A stretch of DNA of 64,000 nt from an uncultured Gemmatimonadales bacterium (GTDB lineage Bacteria > Gemmatimonadota > Gemmatimonadetes > Longimicrobiales > Longimicrobiaceae). The notes beneath the pieces are model-generated. The model saw only the letters and a program-made list of their open reading frames with translations. It was not told the DNA's origin and ran no database searches. The stretch is from NCBI GenBank assembly GCA_963716255.1, contig OY970303.1:5152001-5216000 (forward strand), read 5' to 3'. Numbering within the stretch: position 1 is the first letter of the stretch; each line of letters begins with the position of its first letter. Positions 9,001-17,448 of this stretch are shown here, piece by piece. Both the position numbers and the translations under genes were made by a program.

Positions 9001-10249
9001 CGAGCCTCTGCCGGTGCGGGACGGGCGCAGCCTCCGGGACGGCGGGCTCGCGGCGGCGGAAGTGCTCGGCGCCGGGGGCGAAGCTTTCGACCGCCTGGTA
9101 CCACTGCTCCCAGGAGGGGCTGCGCACGATCAGGGGCGAGGCGGATCCGGCCGGCCCGCGGTGGTCCAGGACGACGGTGACCGTGCCGATGCGGACCCCC
9201 CGCGAGCGGTAGGAATCCTCCGGGGACTCGATGTACGCGACCGGGGTGAACGCGCCCTTCAGCCACATCCGGAAGGCGATCCCGGAGTCGGCGAGGGTGG
9301 CCTGGGGCATCACCGCCACCAGCCGTCCGGCTTCCGCGAGGCTCGCGAGCGACGCGGCGACGAAGCGCTGGCTGATGTCGGTGGCCGCGAACTGCGTCGC
9401 GCCGAAACCGTGGTAGCGGCCGCGGCCGATGCCGCCGAACGGCGGGTTCGTCAGGATCGTGTCGTAGCGCCGCGGGTCGAGCTGCAGCCGGAGCGAGTCC
9501 TCGGAGGTGGGGGAGAGCCCCAGCGCGGCAAGCACGGCGCGCCTGCGGGGATCGACCTCGTTGACGTGCAGGCCGGGAACGGCGCCGATCAGGCTGGCGA
9601 CCAGGCTGCCGGTCCCGCCCTGCGGCTCGAGGAGCTGGTCCGTCGGCAGCGGGCCGGCCATGTACGCGACCGCCGCGGCGAGCGGCAGAGGAGTGGAGTA
9701 CTGGGCCCATGCCACCATGTCGCCGGAGCTGTTCCGGCCGCGGAAGTAGCGCTCCTCCATCTCGCGGAGCGCTTCGAGCCGGGGCCGGATCGGCGCATCC
9801 GCCCCGAGGCCCAAAACCCCGAGGCGGCGGGGCACCAGGAGGTGGACGGCGCCCTCGAACGCGTCGCACACGTCGTCCAGGGTGAAAGTGCCGCTGTCGT
9901 ACGGCCGTCCCAGGATGCGTCCGCCCCACTCCGTGAATGCGACCGGCGTCCGCGGCCACGCGTCGGCGAGAAGGGCTTGCAGCGCCTCCTCCACCAGGCG
10001 GGCGATCTCCTCCGGAGTGGCGGGGGTGCGCTGGTCGGTGAAGGTCCCGAGCACCACCCGGGGAGCATCGTCCCGCGGACCGGCCACCTGGAGAGCCTGC
10101 CCAGGGGAGGCGAGCTCCCGGGGGCCGGCGTCCGGCGGGGCGGGGGGAGGCACCGGCGCGCCGATCGGCGGGGGCGCCGGGAAGCCCAGCAGCAGGTGCA
10201 TCATCCCGAGTTGCTCGGCCACTCGGGGCGGCCGTCGACGCTGGCTCAT
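6011..10249 (-). CDS. strawberry-notch family helicase with N-terminal SAM-dependent DNA methyltransferase-like domain
   Basis: LEPQGGTG and ILTNPPF (MTase motifs); DAVGLGKARE, VADEAH, YFTATA, GISLHD, QELGRVDRTGQ and GERKFSATIAGRMASLGA (strawberry-notch SF2 motifs). Confidence 0.88.
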   Translation of the reverse strand: MSQRRRPPRVAEQLGMMHLLLGFPAPPPIGAPVPPPAPPDAGPRELASPGQALQVAGPRDDAPRVVLGTFTDQRTPATPEEIARLVEEALQALLADAWPRTPVAFTEWGGRILGRPYDSGTFTLDDVCDAFEGAVHLLVPRRLGVLGLGADAPIRPRLEALREMEERYFRGRNSSGDMVAWAQYSTPLPLAAAVAYMAGPLPTDQLLEPQGGTGSLVASLIGAVPGLHVNEVDPRRRAVLAALGLSPTSEDSLRLQLDPRRYDTILTNPPFGGIGRGRYHGFGATQFAATDISQRFVAASLASLAEAGRLVAVMPQATLADSGIAFRMWLKGAFTPVAYIESPEDSYRSRGVRIGTVTVVLDHRGPAGSASPLIVRSPSWEQWYQAVESFAPGAEHFRRREPAVPEAAPVPHRQRLAPPLDLLDSVREPIVVPDTIPPVEIEPFETRELLPVAWREGEPESRREEIAAAGESPVFTPYRIGFRRWRGSHPRLVVETRSMAGMPAPPITATFRAPRVDAAWGRDGDLGGFSDEQADAALRCLSAWDRGHGMLISDAVGLGKAREAAALILEAIHRGRRRIVYTTKNETNVRDAIAEFRRVASGSEHGPFPAEIICVGDYHEVKKGLRPLPQPDGPCLYITHAYNLAAYGAALVDVEPDCLVADEAHEFSNIGDSHRGLAWTDLHRALLRADADCVYFTATAGVTVENLAYLYGLRLWPIGGFRTWIDRKMGRASAKEGKEEQAVADVQAAERAANVAIGEASGDPEKDADKDGWGSARNDAFSLRITPAETEQIMRELRGSGHYLARDLFRAGVEFSVEEVDLLGDSPAARAARDRYDTAAELCRDVSLAIRHFARMNKRDKTAGLDRSLIQSYLKQLLFELRLDTVIRLAEEGLRQGRQVVISLHNVAGDAPLEEGVSAADTVRQLNTRLEAAINRLNTRHVEKGGEGDDVEYVDLGEIPEALLARDEFFERLAALPPLQDPVRRLEDHFGARRVAAITGRTPAKHRSALKAEFQAGIRDIAIISQASKVGISLHDTNGRRRLMVVADYEWSATLFLQELGRVDRTGQLSPPEIALVASNSAGERKFSATIAGRMASLGATCKGSAESTGTDALDAFEISGDIPVAAMKNAVEHLPDDLRRYFTGRKFLEHMQSGDGGGMLVPVRRPHDADMRVFLLELLMFPILAGHEVMGAWERERERLMTGEVAEMLSARRTGRSRGEVLRTTQLRAHPVLTLYEILNEAGERAAIVQGYVTEYIGDIQRLRGVDTATEQPKTRRYVQFTLSDGSGMISGLELTRWEALIVRDFFSEHGSEPLSPEDAWEALRTGANVSVKGPPGASWVLHPRRNGLVEIRGASASKHKPALGPLGKTVGYEPTTRYLFIRPEREPILAFLKLFPPRAPGTGESMEDAA

Positions 10250-10388
10250 GGGCAACGTGGGTGGAGTCGCTAAGGGACGCGCGTGTCCGTCCCGCCCCGC
10301 GGTGCGCTGGGGGCGGGGCGGGAGGGGATCTCCGTCGAAGGCGGGCGGAGGAGGACGGCTTGTCCGGCCGTTTTCTGGCGGGGGAGGG

Positions 10389-11183
10389 TCAGGCGGCGAG
10401 AGGGAGGGAATCCGCGGGGGCGCCCCGGATCTCGGCCCACACGGCGGGGTCCACCGGGATCTCGGAGCAGATCCCGTCCGCGAGGTTGACCAGGCCGCCG
10501 TGGTGCTTGATGCTGCCGTAGCGGAAGAGGCGGCAGAGCATGGCCAGGCCGAGAGTCGCGAGCGTCTCGTTGATGAACGGGTGCTGCTTGTCGAGCGCTT
10601 CGGCTGCGCTGCAGCTCGGCTGGTCGTCCTTGTCGAGCGTGCGGTCGGTGATCTCCGGGAACAGCTCCGCTGCCGTGGGCAGGCGCGGGTCGGCGCCGGC
10701 GTTGAGGGCGTTGGCGGGCTGCCCCAGGACGAACTGGCCGGAGTCGGCGGTGTTGCCGAAGTCGAGGAGGTAGGCGACGGTGCCGGCTCGTCGCGCGGCG
10801 GCCTCGATGGTCTTGCGGGCGCCGCGGGTGTCGACGCATCCGATCACGATGTCGTCCCCGCGGAGCGTGTCCCGCGGACCGAAATGCCGCGTTACGGCTT
10901 TCCAGCGGAGGCCGGCGAAGGCGTTGATCCGGCTGACGAGCACGGTCGCCTTCCTGAGTCCGACCTCGGCCTCGGTGAAGGGGGTGCGGACCAGGTTGGA
11001 GCTGGAGATGGTGTCGCCGTCCTGCAGGGTCACCTCCAGGCCCGCGGGGTGGCCCCAGGCGATCATCGCCTTGTGCTGCCTCACGAGGTCGTACATCACG
11101 GAGCTGCCGGTGCCCCCGGCGCCGATCACGCGCACGCGGACCACGCGCGTCAGGAGCTCCGTCGTCAATTCGTGCGCAGGCAT
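10389..11183 (-). CDS. PRTRC system ThiF/E1-like protein
   Basis: VIGAGGTGS, DGDTISSSNLVR, IGCVD, LLDFGN, PSCSAAEAL and FIN motifs; start ATG 11183. Confidence 0.9.
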   Translation of the reverse strand: MPAHELTTELLTRVVRVRVIGAGGTGSSVMYDLVRQHKAMIAWGHPAGLEVTLQDGDTISSSNLVRTPFTEAEVGLRKATVLVSRINAFAGLRWKAVTRHFGPRDTLRGDDIVIGCVDTRGARKTIEAAARRAGTVAYLLDFGNTADSGQFVLGQPANALNAGADPRLPTAAELFPEITDRTLDKDDQPSCSAAEALDKQHPFINETLATLGLAMLCRLFRYGSIKHHGGLVNLADGICSEIPVDPAVWAEIRGAPADSLPLAA

Positions 11184-11887
11184 GACCTCACGAAGGTGTG
11201 GAGGGTCTGGTGAGCCTCGGTCAGGTGCTTGACCGGGAATTGCCGCCTCGAGCCCGCCAGCTCGACCCACAGCCCCTCGACGCCCCCGGGGTGCCTGGTC
11301 AGGCGCGAAGTGCCGACCAGGTGGGTGAAGGCGCTGTTGAAGAAGCCGTCGACCCACCGGCCCGTCGCCGCCACTCCGACCGAGCCGGGGGTCGGCGTCG
11401 TCCCGAGACACACGCCACCGCCTGCGAAGGTGTTCAGGTAGGGCGCGACGCAGAGCGGGGTGTCCCGGGTCGGGCGCTGGTTCCGCTTCAGGGCGCGGAC
11501 CCACAGGTGGGTGCGGCTGGCGACGAAGACGAGAGGTGGGTGGGGTGCGGGCCTGCCGGAGGCGGGCTGGAACCCGGTCAGGTGCTCGGCGAAGAACATG
11601 GATCTGCGTTGTGCCGGAACCCACCAGGCCAGGAGCTCGTTGGTCCGGTAGAGGATGGTGTCGGGGAGGAACTCCACCGGGATCTCCGTCCCCAGCCCGC
11701 CCGCGAGGGTGCGGAGGAAGGAGTCCGTCACGGGCTCGGCGGGCCCGAACTCGACTTCCCCGCGCGGGCCCGGGACCAGGTCGTGCGTCGTGGCGTAGAC
11801 GTGGGCCCCATCGCCGCTCAGGTAGACGGTGAGGCCCCTCCATGGGCGGCGGGAACCGCCCTGGTCGATGCTGACGTCGGTGGTCAT
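11165..11887 (-). CDS. PRTRC system protein B (E2-like)
   Basis: WWVPAQRRSMFF, PHPPLVF, APYLNTFAGGGVCLG and FFNSAFTH; position between F and ThiF. Confidence 0.85.
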   Translation of the reverse strand: MTTDVSIDQGGSRRPWRGLTVYLSGDGAHVYATTHDLVPGPRGEVEFGPAEPVTDSFLRTLAGGLGTEIPVEFLPDTILYRTNELLAWWVPAQRRSMFFAEHLTGFQPASGRPAPHPPLVFVASRTHLWVRALKRNQRPTRDTPLCVAPYLNTFAGGGVCLGTTPTPGSVGVAATGRWVDGFFNSAFTHLVGTSRLTRHPGGVEGLWVELAGSRRQFPVKHLTEAHQTLHTFVRSCLRTN

Positions 11888-13020
11888 GCGTGTGTCCCGG
11901 TCGCGGCGATGGTGTCGAGCATCGTGATCAGGCGAGATGCCTCGGTGAGGGTCGTGCAGAGGATGCCGAGGGAGCGGAACGCGTCCGCGACGGAGTTCGC
12001 GTCCGAAGGATCCATCCTGAAGATCGCGCTGGGAGCCATGGGGATCCCCCAGTTGTAGAGCTCGTCGGTCTCCCGCTCGTAGAGGCCTTCGATCTCGTCG
12101 CTCTTGTCGGTGACCAGCAGCAGCGCGGGGAGCGGGAATGCGAGGTCGAAGCCGCGCAGCTCCTCGCACCAGAAGCTCCGGGGCTCTGCCTGGTCGGAGC
12201 ACCGGCGGACCTTGCGGGCAGCCTGCATCAGCGAGGTCACGGTCGGATCGGAAACGCTGCGCAGCACCCGGGTCAGCTTGCGCTCGTCGAGCGGCTCGCC
12301 CTTCAACCAGGGCGGAATGCAGCTCGACAGGTCGGGATACTCGACTTCTGCGAGCTCCTCCTCGCCCATCGTCGACTCGTCGTACTCGCGGTCACGCTCC
12401 ACCCGCTCCTCCGCATCCCGGTAGTCGAAGACTCTCACCCACCGGCTGACGGAATCGGCGAAGTACCTGTAGAAGGTCGCGGGTAGCGCTGGCTGGGCGG
12501 CGTGCAGCCGCCGGATCGCCGGACCGAGCTCCGCATAGCCTGTTTGCTCGGCCTCGACGATCAGGTAGACGGTGCGGTCGAGGGGTTTGGGCGAGTTCCC
12601 CCAGTAGTATCCGTAGTGGTCTTGGAGGGAGGCGACGAGCTTCGTCTCCAGAGAGAACTGCTGCGCGATCTCCGCGGCCCCGTGCGACTCGACCCAGCTG
12701 GCCAGCACCTGCTGGAGCAAGGTCCAGGGTTGCTGGCCGGCCCTTCGCCAGTCGGCGATGGTCGCGATCCCGGTCGTGGCCAGGGCCCGCGCCAGGTCCA
12801 GGGTGATCGAGTCCGGGTCGTGGCCGGGAGCCGCGTCCGAGTCCGGAGCTTCGTCGGAAGGCGATGGGGTGCCCGGGACGAGGAGGGGGAGCCCGCGCGG
12901 GCGCGGGTGGATCAGAGGAGAGGAGGCAGCCAGGCGGGCGGCGCGGGGAGCGGAACGCCAGTTTCGTTGGCTCTGAGCGCCTTTGCGAGAAGGTGCGACG
13001 CCTTCCTTAACTCGGGGCAT
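11884..13020 (-). CDS. PRTRC system protein F-like
   Basis: Position between C and B with ATGA overlap; acidic helical protein; start uncertain. Confidence 0.6.
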   Translation of the reverse strand: MPRVKEGVAPSRKGAQSQRNWRSAPRAARLAASSPLIHPRPRGLPLLVPGTPSPSDEAPDSDAAPGHDPDSITLDLARALATTGIATIADWRRAGQQPWTLLQQVLASWVESHGAAEIAQQFSLETKLVASLQDHYGYYWGNSPKPLDRTVYLIVEAEQTGYAELGPAIRRLHAAQPALPATFYRYFADSVSRWVRVFDYRDAEERVERDREYDESTMGEEELAEVEYPDLSSCIPPWLKGEPLDERKLTRVLRSVSDPTVTSLMQAARKVRRCSDQAEPRSFWCEELRGFDLAFPLPALLLVTDKSDEIEGLYERETDELYNWGIPMAPSAIFRMDPSDANSVADAFRSLGILCTTLTEASRLITMLDTIAATGTHA

Positions 13021-13148
13021 TCGTCGATCCGGTCGAAGGTAGCCATGAGCTGCTGGGTGACCGGGTCGGGCTGGTGCCCGGCCCGGTCGAAGTGCTTCAG
13101 AGCATCGAGGAGCTCAGGGCTCCTCTCCCGTGGCGCACGGCGCGGCAT
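12912..13148 (-). CDS. small hypothetical protein (78 aa) inside the PRTRC cassette
   Basis: ATG 2 nt after the protein C stop; MPRRAPRERSPELLDALKHFD... has natural composition; overlaps the longest F ORF. Confidence 0.4.
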   Translation of the reverse strand: MPRRAPRERSPELLDALKHFDRAGHQPDPVTQQLMATFDRIDECPELRKASHLLAKALRANETGVPLPAPPAWLPPLL

Positions 13149-13150
13149 GG

Positions 13151-13411
13151 TCAGCTCTTCGCGCCGACGGACTGCTCGAAGGTGAAGACCAGCTTGTCGC
13201 CGATCATCTCGGGCCCCTTGATCGTGGCGGTGGTCAGCATCTTCAGGTTGGGTTGGCGGGCGAAGAGGCGGCGCACGTCGTCCGGCTCCATGTGGGCGCC
13301 CGGGTCGGCGAGGATCCGTCCCCCGAAGCGGAACTCGCGCTCCAGCTCTTGGACCAGCATCGGCTCGATGCCCAGGGCGCCCTGCACCGCAGCCGCGGCG
13401 ACGGCGACCAT
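13151..13411 (-). CDS. PRTRC system protein C (ubiquitin-like)
   Basis: LEREFRFGGRILADPG..PDDVRRLFA..P...TTATIKGPE...FTFEQSVGAKS; alternative start at ATG 13360. Confidence 0.85.
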   Translation of the reverse strand: MVAVAAAAVQGALGIEPMLVQELEREFRFGGRILADPGAHMEPDDVRRLFARQPNLKMLTTATIKGPEMIGDKLVFTFEQSVGAKS

Positions 13412-13956
13412 CAGGCCACCTCCCGCAGGGCGTCGTCCGCGTCCTCTTGCTGCGCCGCCTCGTCCAGGTCGGCATCCACCTCCTCGGCTGCGGCGTCCGG
13501 CTCCTCAGCTACAGTCACCGGCTCCGCGGGTGGCGGCGGAAGCGCGTCGTCCCAGAGGGTCGGGACCGCGGGCGGTGTCGGCGCGGCCGCGGCCGCGCGC
13601 GCCGGGGTAGCTTGGCGAGCGGGGGCGGCACCGCTCTTCCCGCCGTCCGCGGGAGCGGCGGCACCCTTCCCGCCGCCTGCAGGGGCGGTGGCTTCCTGCA
13701 TCCGCCTGGTCGTGTCGGCCAGCGCCGCGGTGATCGACCGGTGCTGGGTGGCGAACCCGCTCAGCGCGGCCGGGAACTCCGCGTCGAGCTGCTCGGGTGT
13801 GGCCGTGACCTTGAGCGGGACCGAGAGCCCGGCGTTCTCGGTTCCGCTCAGGGACATCGGCTGGACGACCACGGTGACGCGCTGCGGGTCGGGCTGGGTC
13901 AGCGTCAGCATCAGCACGCGGCCGTCGGCCAGCAGGGGGAACAGTTCCTGGAACAA
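13411..13956 (-). CDS. PRTRC system protein E
   Basis: AGGAGG RBS then TTG; MFQELFPLL...VTVVVQP...PLKVTATPEQLDAEF, followed by a low-complexity tail. Confidence 0.85.
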   Translation of the reverse strand: MFQELFPLLADGRVLMLTLTQPDPQRVTVVVQPMSLSGTENAGLSVPLKVTATPEQLDAEFPAALSGFATQHRSITAALADTTRRMQEATAPAGGGKGAAAPADGGKSGAAPARQATPARAAAAAPTPPAVPTLWDDALPPPPAEPVTVAEEPDAAAEEVDADLDEAAQQEDADDALREVA

Positions 13957-14040
13957 GGGCGTGACCTCCTGGGTGGATCCGCCCGCCGGACCCGGAAGTG
14001 GGGACGGGGGCGAAGGGGTGTGCGCGGAGAGCGCGGGGTG

Positions 14041-14078
14041 AAAAGAAAAAGCCCGCCCCGTACGTGGTCGGGGCGGGC
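14041..14078 (-). terminator. intrinsic terminator
   Basis: Minus strand reads GCCCGCCCCG-accacgta-CGGGGCGGGC-TTTTTCTTTT. Confidence 0.8.
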
Positions 14079-14449
14079 ATCTTCCTTCGTTTTCTGCCGG
14101 AGGAAGACGGGGGGATCGCGAGGGGCCAGGATCCAGGCTGCGCACCAAGAGCTCGGTGAAGCCGCCGGGAAAGACCAGGCAGTCGAGGAGGCGAGCGACG
14201 ACGCGGGTCCGCCCCTCGTGGCCGCTCCACAAAGGGCCCCGCCAGGGTCGGTGGCTCCGGGAAGTCCCAGCGGCCGGTCCAGCGCCGGCCACGGAGATGG
14301 GGGGCTGTGGGGGGCCGACCGGCCGGGCCCCCGCGGCAGGTGGCCGCGGCGACGCTCGCCGGGCGTACGCGGCGCGCTACCGCCCGTTACCGCTCACAGA
14401 GATCACGTCTGGCGTTGCGCAGAACGAAGGCGCCGCCGAAAACGTCGCC

Positions 14450-15037
14450 CTATGCACTCCGAGGGCCTGCCCGCGAGAGGGCGCGATTGAACGCCTCCGC
14501 GGCCGGGGCGAAGACTCCGCCGAACTCCGCGTACCAGCCATCCAGTCCCGCCATTTGATCCGTCAACAGGCGGAATTCCGGGGGCACGAGGCTGTGGGCG
14601 GAAGCGAGTCGCAGCAGGGACACGTTCCGGTAGAAGGCGTCCGTCTCCGCGTCGATGTCTTCCGTCGAAGGAATCCAGTCCGAGCGGCCCGGGCCGAGCA
14701 CCATGTCCGCGCACCGGAAGGCGTTGTAGCGGTACAGGTCCACGATCTCCACGTCCGTGAACTGGTACAGTGCCGTCGCGGGTTGCGGTCCTGTCGGCCA
14801 ACACTTCGCTTCCTCCACGGCGCACGCCAGCGGACGAACGTACTCCCATCCCCTCTCCTGGTGGTCGAGCAAGCGACTCCACACGGCGCCGGACTTCGTT
14901 CCCCGCAGCTCCGCCGCGCGCGCTCTCGCCTCCTTCCACAGGTCGGTGTAGAGAGTCACGCGCGGCTCCCCCGCCGTTGTCGCCCTCACCACGAGCTCAC
15001 GCCGGGACGGGGCCGGGCTGCCTGTGGGACGAAGCAT
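14450..15037 (-). CDS. hypothetical protein
   Basis: Aromatic-rich natural-looking ORF; start placed at ATG 15037. Confidence 0.55.
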   Translation of the reverse strand: MLRPTGSPAPSRRELVVRATTAGEPRVTLYTDLWKEARARAAELRGTKSGAVWSRLLDHQERGWEYVRPLACAVEEAKCWPTGPQPATALYQFTDVEIVDLYRYNAFRCADMVLGPGRSDWIPSTEDIDAETDAFYRNVSLLRLASAHSLVPPEFRLLTDQMAGLDGWYAEFGGVFAPAAEAFNRALSRAGPRSA

Positions 15038-15400
15038 CTGGACCTTTGTACGCCAGAGAAAAAGTGATGCGAGCACCAGGTACGCGGGTGCATCTCAAAG
15101 GCACGGTAGGTGTCGGCACTCATTGGCTGCGAAAAGCCCCAACATTTGTCGGGACGCATGCGGTTTGTGGTAGAACGTGTATGGGAATGCGCGTCTCACG
15201 TCGCATCAGGTGTCGCAATGGTCCGGTGCAAGAGTGCAGACCGCTGCATTTTCGTGGGATGAGACTTCGGAGAGCGCCCTGCAGATACGTCGCCGGAAGG
15301 GCGGGACCCGAGTGTCCGTGAAGCTCGCGCCGGAATAGGTTGATGGCCTGGGGAGCGTATCCGCTTCCCAGGCCATCCACTTTCATCCGGAGCCGTTCAC

Positions 15401-15628
15401 ATGCGTACGTCCCTCCGCCTGCTCCCCGTCACTGTGGCCCTGTCCGCTCTCTCCGCGTGTGCGGGCGAGCCTCTTGAACCCGAAGCCCGGACCACTGCCG
15501 GGAGTACCTGGCGCGGTGCAGGGGTCTACATGGGAAGCGGGTTGTCGGTCGTCACTGGCGCCAGCCCGGCCGCCACCTCGGACTCCACGACGAGCCGGGG
15601 ATCCGGGTACATCGGCACCGGCTTCTGA
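15401..15628 (+). CDS. small lipoprotein or peptide precursor with repeated G-x-Y-(M/I)-G-(S/T)-G motif
   Basis: GGAG upstream; lipobox LSAC; GVYMGSG and GSGYIGTGF repeats. Confidence 0.7.
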   Translation: MRTSLRLLPVTVALSALSACAGEPLEPEARTTAGSTWRGAGVYMGSGLSVVTGASPAATSDSTTSRGSGYIGTGF

Positions 15629-15654
15629 GCGGCGTACGATGCTGTACACGAAAG

Positions 15655-16173
15655 CTACTGCGGGGCGCCCCTGTCTCCCCTTGCTCCGGGTGGAGCCGGA
15701 GGAGGTCTCTGGAGGTTGGAAATCGAGGTGCGCACCAGGAGCCCGGTGTAGCCGTCCGGATCGACCAGGCAGTCGAAGAGGTCGGCGACGATGCGCGTGG
15801 GTACCTCGTTCCCGCTCCAGTAGGGCGGCGCGTCCGGGTCCTCGGGCTCCCTGAAGTGCCAGCGGTCCGCCCAGCGGCGGTCGCGGAAGAGGTGGGGGTG
15901 GCTGCGGGGTGACACCGGCCGGGGCGGGGTGCCGTCGCTCCCGTCGGTGAAGACGGCGACGTCCCAGGCGTCCACGTCCTCGGCCGGCACGGACGCGCGG
16001 GGAATCGAGGCGTGGCACTCGGACGCCTGGACGGAGACCAGGTAGCGGCCGGCGCGGACGGGCCGGAACTGGCGCGGGTGCCCGGGCCCCGGGCCTTCCT
16101 CCAGCAGCTCGCGGAAGACGGTCCGGCCGGGCGTGTAGACCGGCATCGGCGCCGCGCGATCATCGGGTTGCAT
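15655..16173 (-). CDS. hypothetical protein
   Basis: AGGAG RBS before ATG; follows the primase gene on the same strand. Confidence 0.6.
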   Translation of the reverse strand: MQPDDRAAPMPVYTPGRTVFRELLEEGPGPGHPRQFRPVRAGRYLVSVQASECHASIPRASVPAEDVDAWDVAVFTDGSDGTPPRPVSPRSHPHLFRDRRWADRWHFREPEDPDAPPYWSGNEVPTRIVADLFDCLVDPDGYTGLLVRTSISNLQRPPPAPPGARGDRGAPQ

Positions 16174-16189
16174 GCTCCTGCTTCGAGGC

Positions 16190-17428
16190 TCAGGCGGCGA
16201 GGTTCATCCAGGGGGCGTCGTTGACGAGGGGGGCGAGGGCTCCGCCGAGATGCAGGTCGTTGATGTCCATGTCCCCCGGCAGGATCATGTCCCGCACCCG
16301 GGTGCGGAGCCAGAGGCTGCCGTGAGCCGTCCGAAGGGAGTCCTTTGCCTGGGCCCGCGCCTTCGTGCCGGCGTCGTCCGGGTCGTACCAGAGCACGACC
16401 CGGAACGCTTCGGCGAGGAGGCCGGCCCAGGAGACGTCCCAGATCCAGGCGCCCGGGAGGCCGACCGCGTGCTGGCCGTACTCCGGCAGCGACAGCGTCG
16501 CGGCGTTGATCTCGCCTTCGATCACGTGCACGACCCCGCGGCCGAGGGCGTCGGCGCCGTAGGGGAGGCGAGGGACCACGTCCTTGGGAGACCGGTAGCG
16601 GTTCCGGTGCGCGTCCCAATCCGGGAAGGACTCCCGCAGGCGCTGGGGCGGCGGGCCGATCGTGCGCATCCGCAGGTAGATCGGCGTCCCGCGGTGGAGG
16701 AAGGGGATCACCAGCATCGGAAGGATGCCCCCGAACGGAGTCCAGACGCGGCCGTTGTCCTGGATGGGGAAGCCGGCGGCGCGGAGCGTCTCGGGGGGGT
16801 AGCTCTCCTTCAGGTGCCGCCGGACCCGGGCCCAGCCGGAGGGGCCGTCGACGGAGCGGAAGCCGAGCCCGGACGCGAACGCCGGAGGTATCCCCCGGCC
16901 GTGGAGGTAGCGGGCCCCCAGCGGGGTCAGCTCCAGCCGGGCGAGGACGTCCGCGTAAAGCACCTCGGGAAGGATCGGGTTCGGCAGGGCGAGCAGCGCG
17001 GCCATCGCGTCGCTCGTTCTCGCGACCTGCGGCCGGATCGCGGGATCCCGGGGTGCCGGCCGGACAGGCGCCGACGGGGAGGGGGGTGGACCGGTCCGTC
17101 CGTCCCAGGGGGGGACGTAGATGTTGAACTGCCCGGCGAGCCAGCGGAGAGCGTCACGGGGCTCCTGGCCGCGCAGCAGGGCGGCGAGGTCCACGTTCGT
17201 GAGGGTGATCCCGCACGAGTAGCAGCGGCTCCGTCTCCCGGGCTGGGTGAAGGTGTGGAACGCGTCCGAGCTCTCGCACGACGGCCCGGGGCAGGCCCAC
17301 TTGCACCGCTCCCGTGCCGGGGTGAGCGCGCAGCCGTCGCGCACGAGGGCTTCCGCCACCGACATCCCGGGCAGCGCGTTGACCTCGCGCCACGGGAGGG
17401 TCACTGCCGTTGGTCCTCCGGATCCCAT
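16190..17428 (-). CDS. DnaG-like primase (Zn finger plus Toprim)
   Basis: CPGPSC...CYSCG zinc finger; VIEGEINAATL and WYDPDDAG Toprim motifs; DIND. Confidence 0.8.
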   Translation of the reverse strand: MGSGGPTAVTLPWREVNALPGMSVAEALVRDGCALTPARERCKWACPGPSCESSDAFHTFTQPGRRSRCYSCGITLTNVDLAALLRGQEPRDALRWLAGQFNIYVPPWDGRTGPPPSPSAPVRPAPRDPAIRPQVARTSDAMAALLALPNPILPEVLYADVLARLELTPLGARYLHGRGIPPAFASGLGFRSVDGPSGWARVRRHLKESYPPETLRAAGFPIQDNGRVWTPFGGILPMLVIPFLHRGTPIYLRMRTIGPPPQRLRESFPDWDAHRNRYRSPKDVVPRLPYGADALGRGVVHVIEGEINAATLSLPEYGQHAVGLPGAWIWDVSWAGLLAEAFRVVLWYDPDDAGTKARAQAKDSLRTAHGSLWLRTRVRDMILPGDMDINDLHLGGALAPLVNDAPWMNLAA

Positions 17429-17448
17429 GGAGTGTTTCTCGCTCCGTG

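Noticed and set aside
243..10273. Very long plus-strand ORFs (243..3035, 5720..10273)
   Set aside because: Antisense shadows of motif-bearing minus-strand genes, expected in high-GC DNA.
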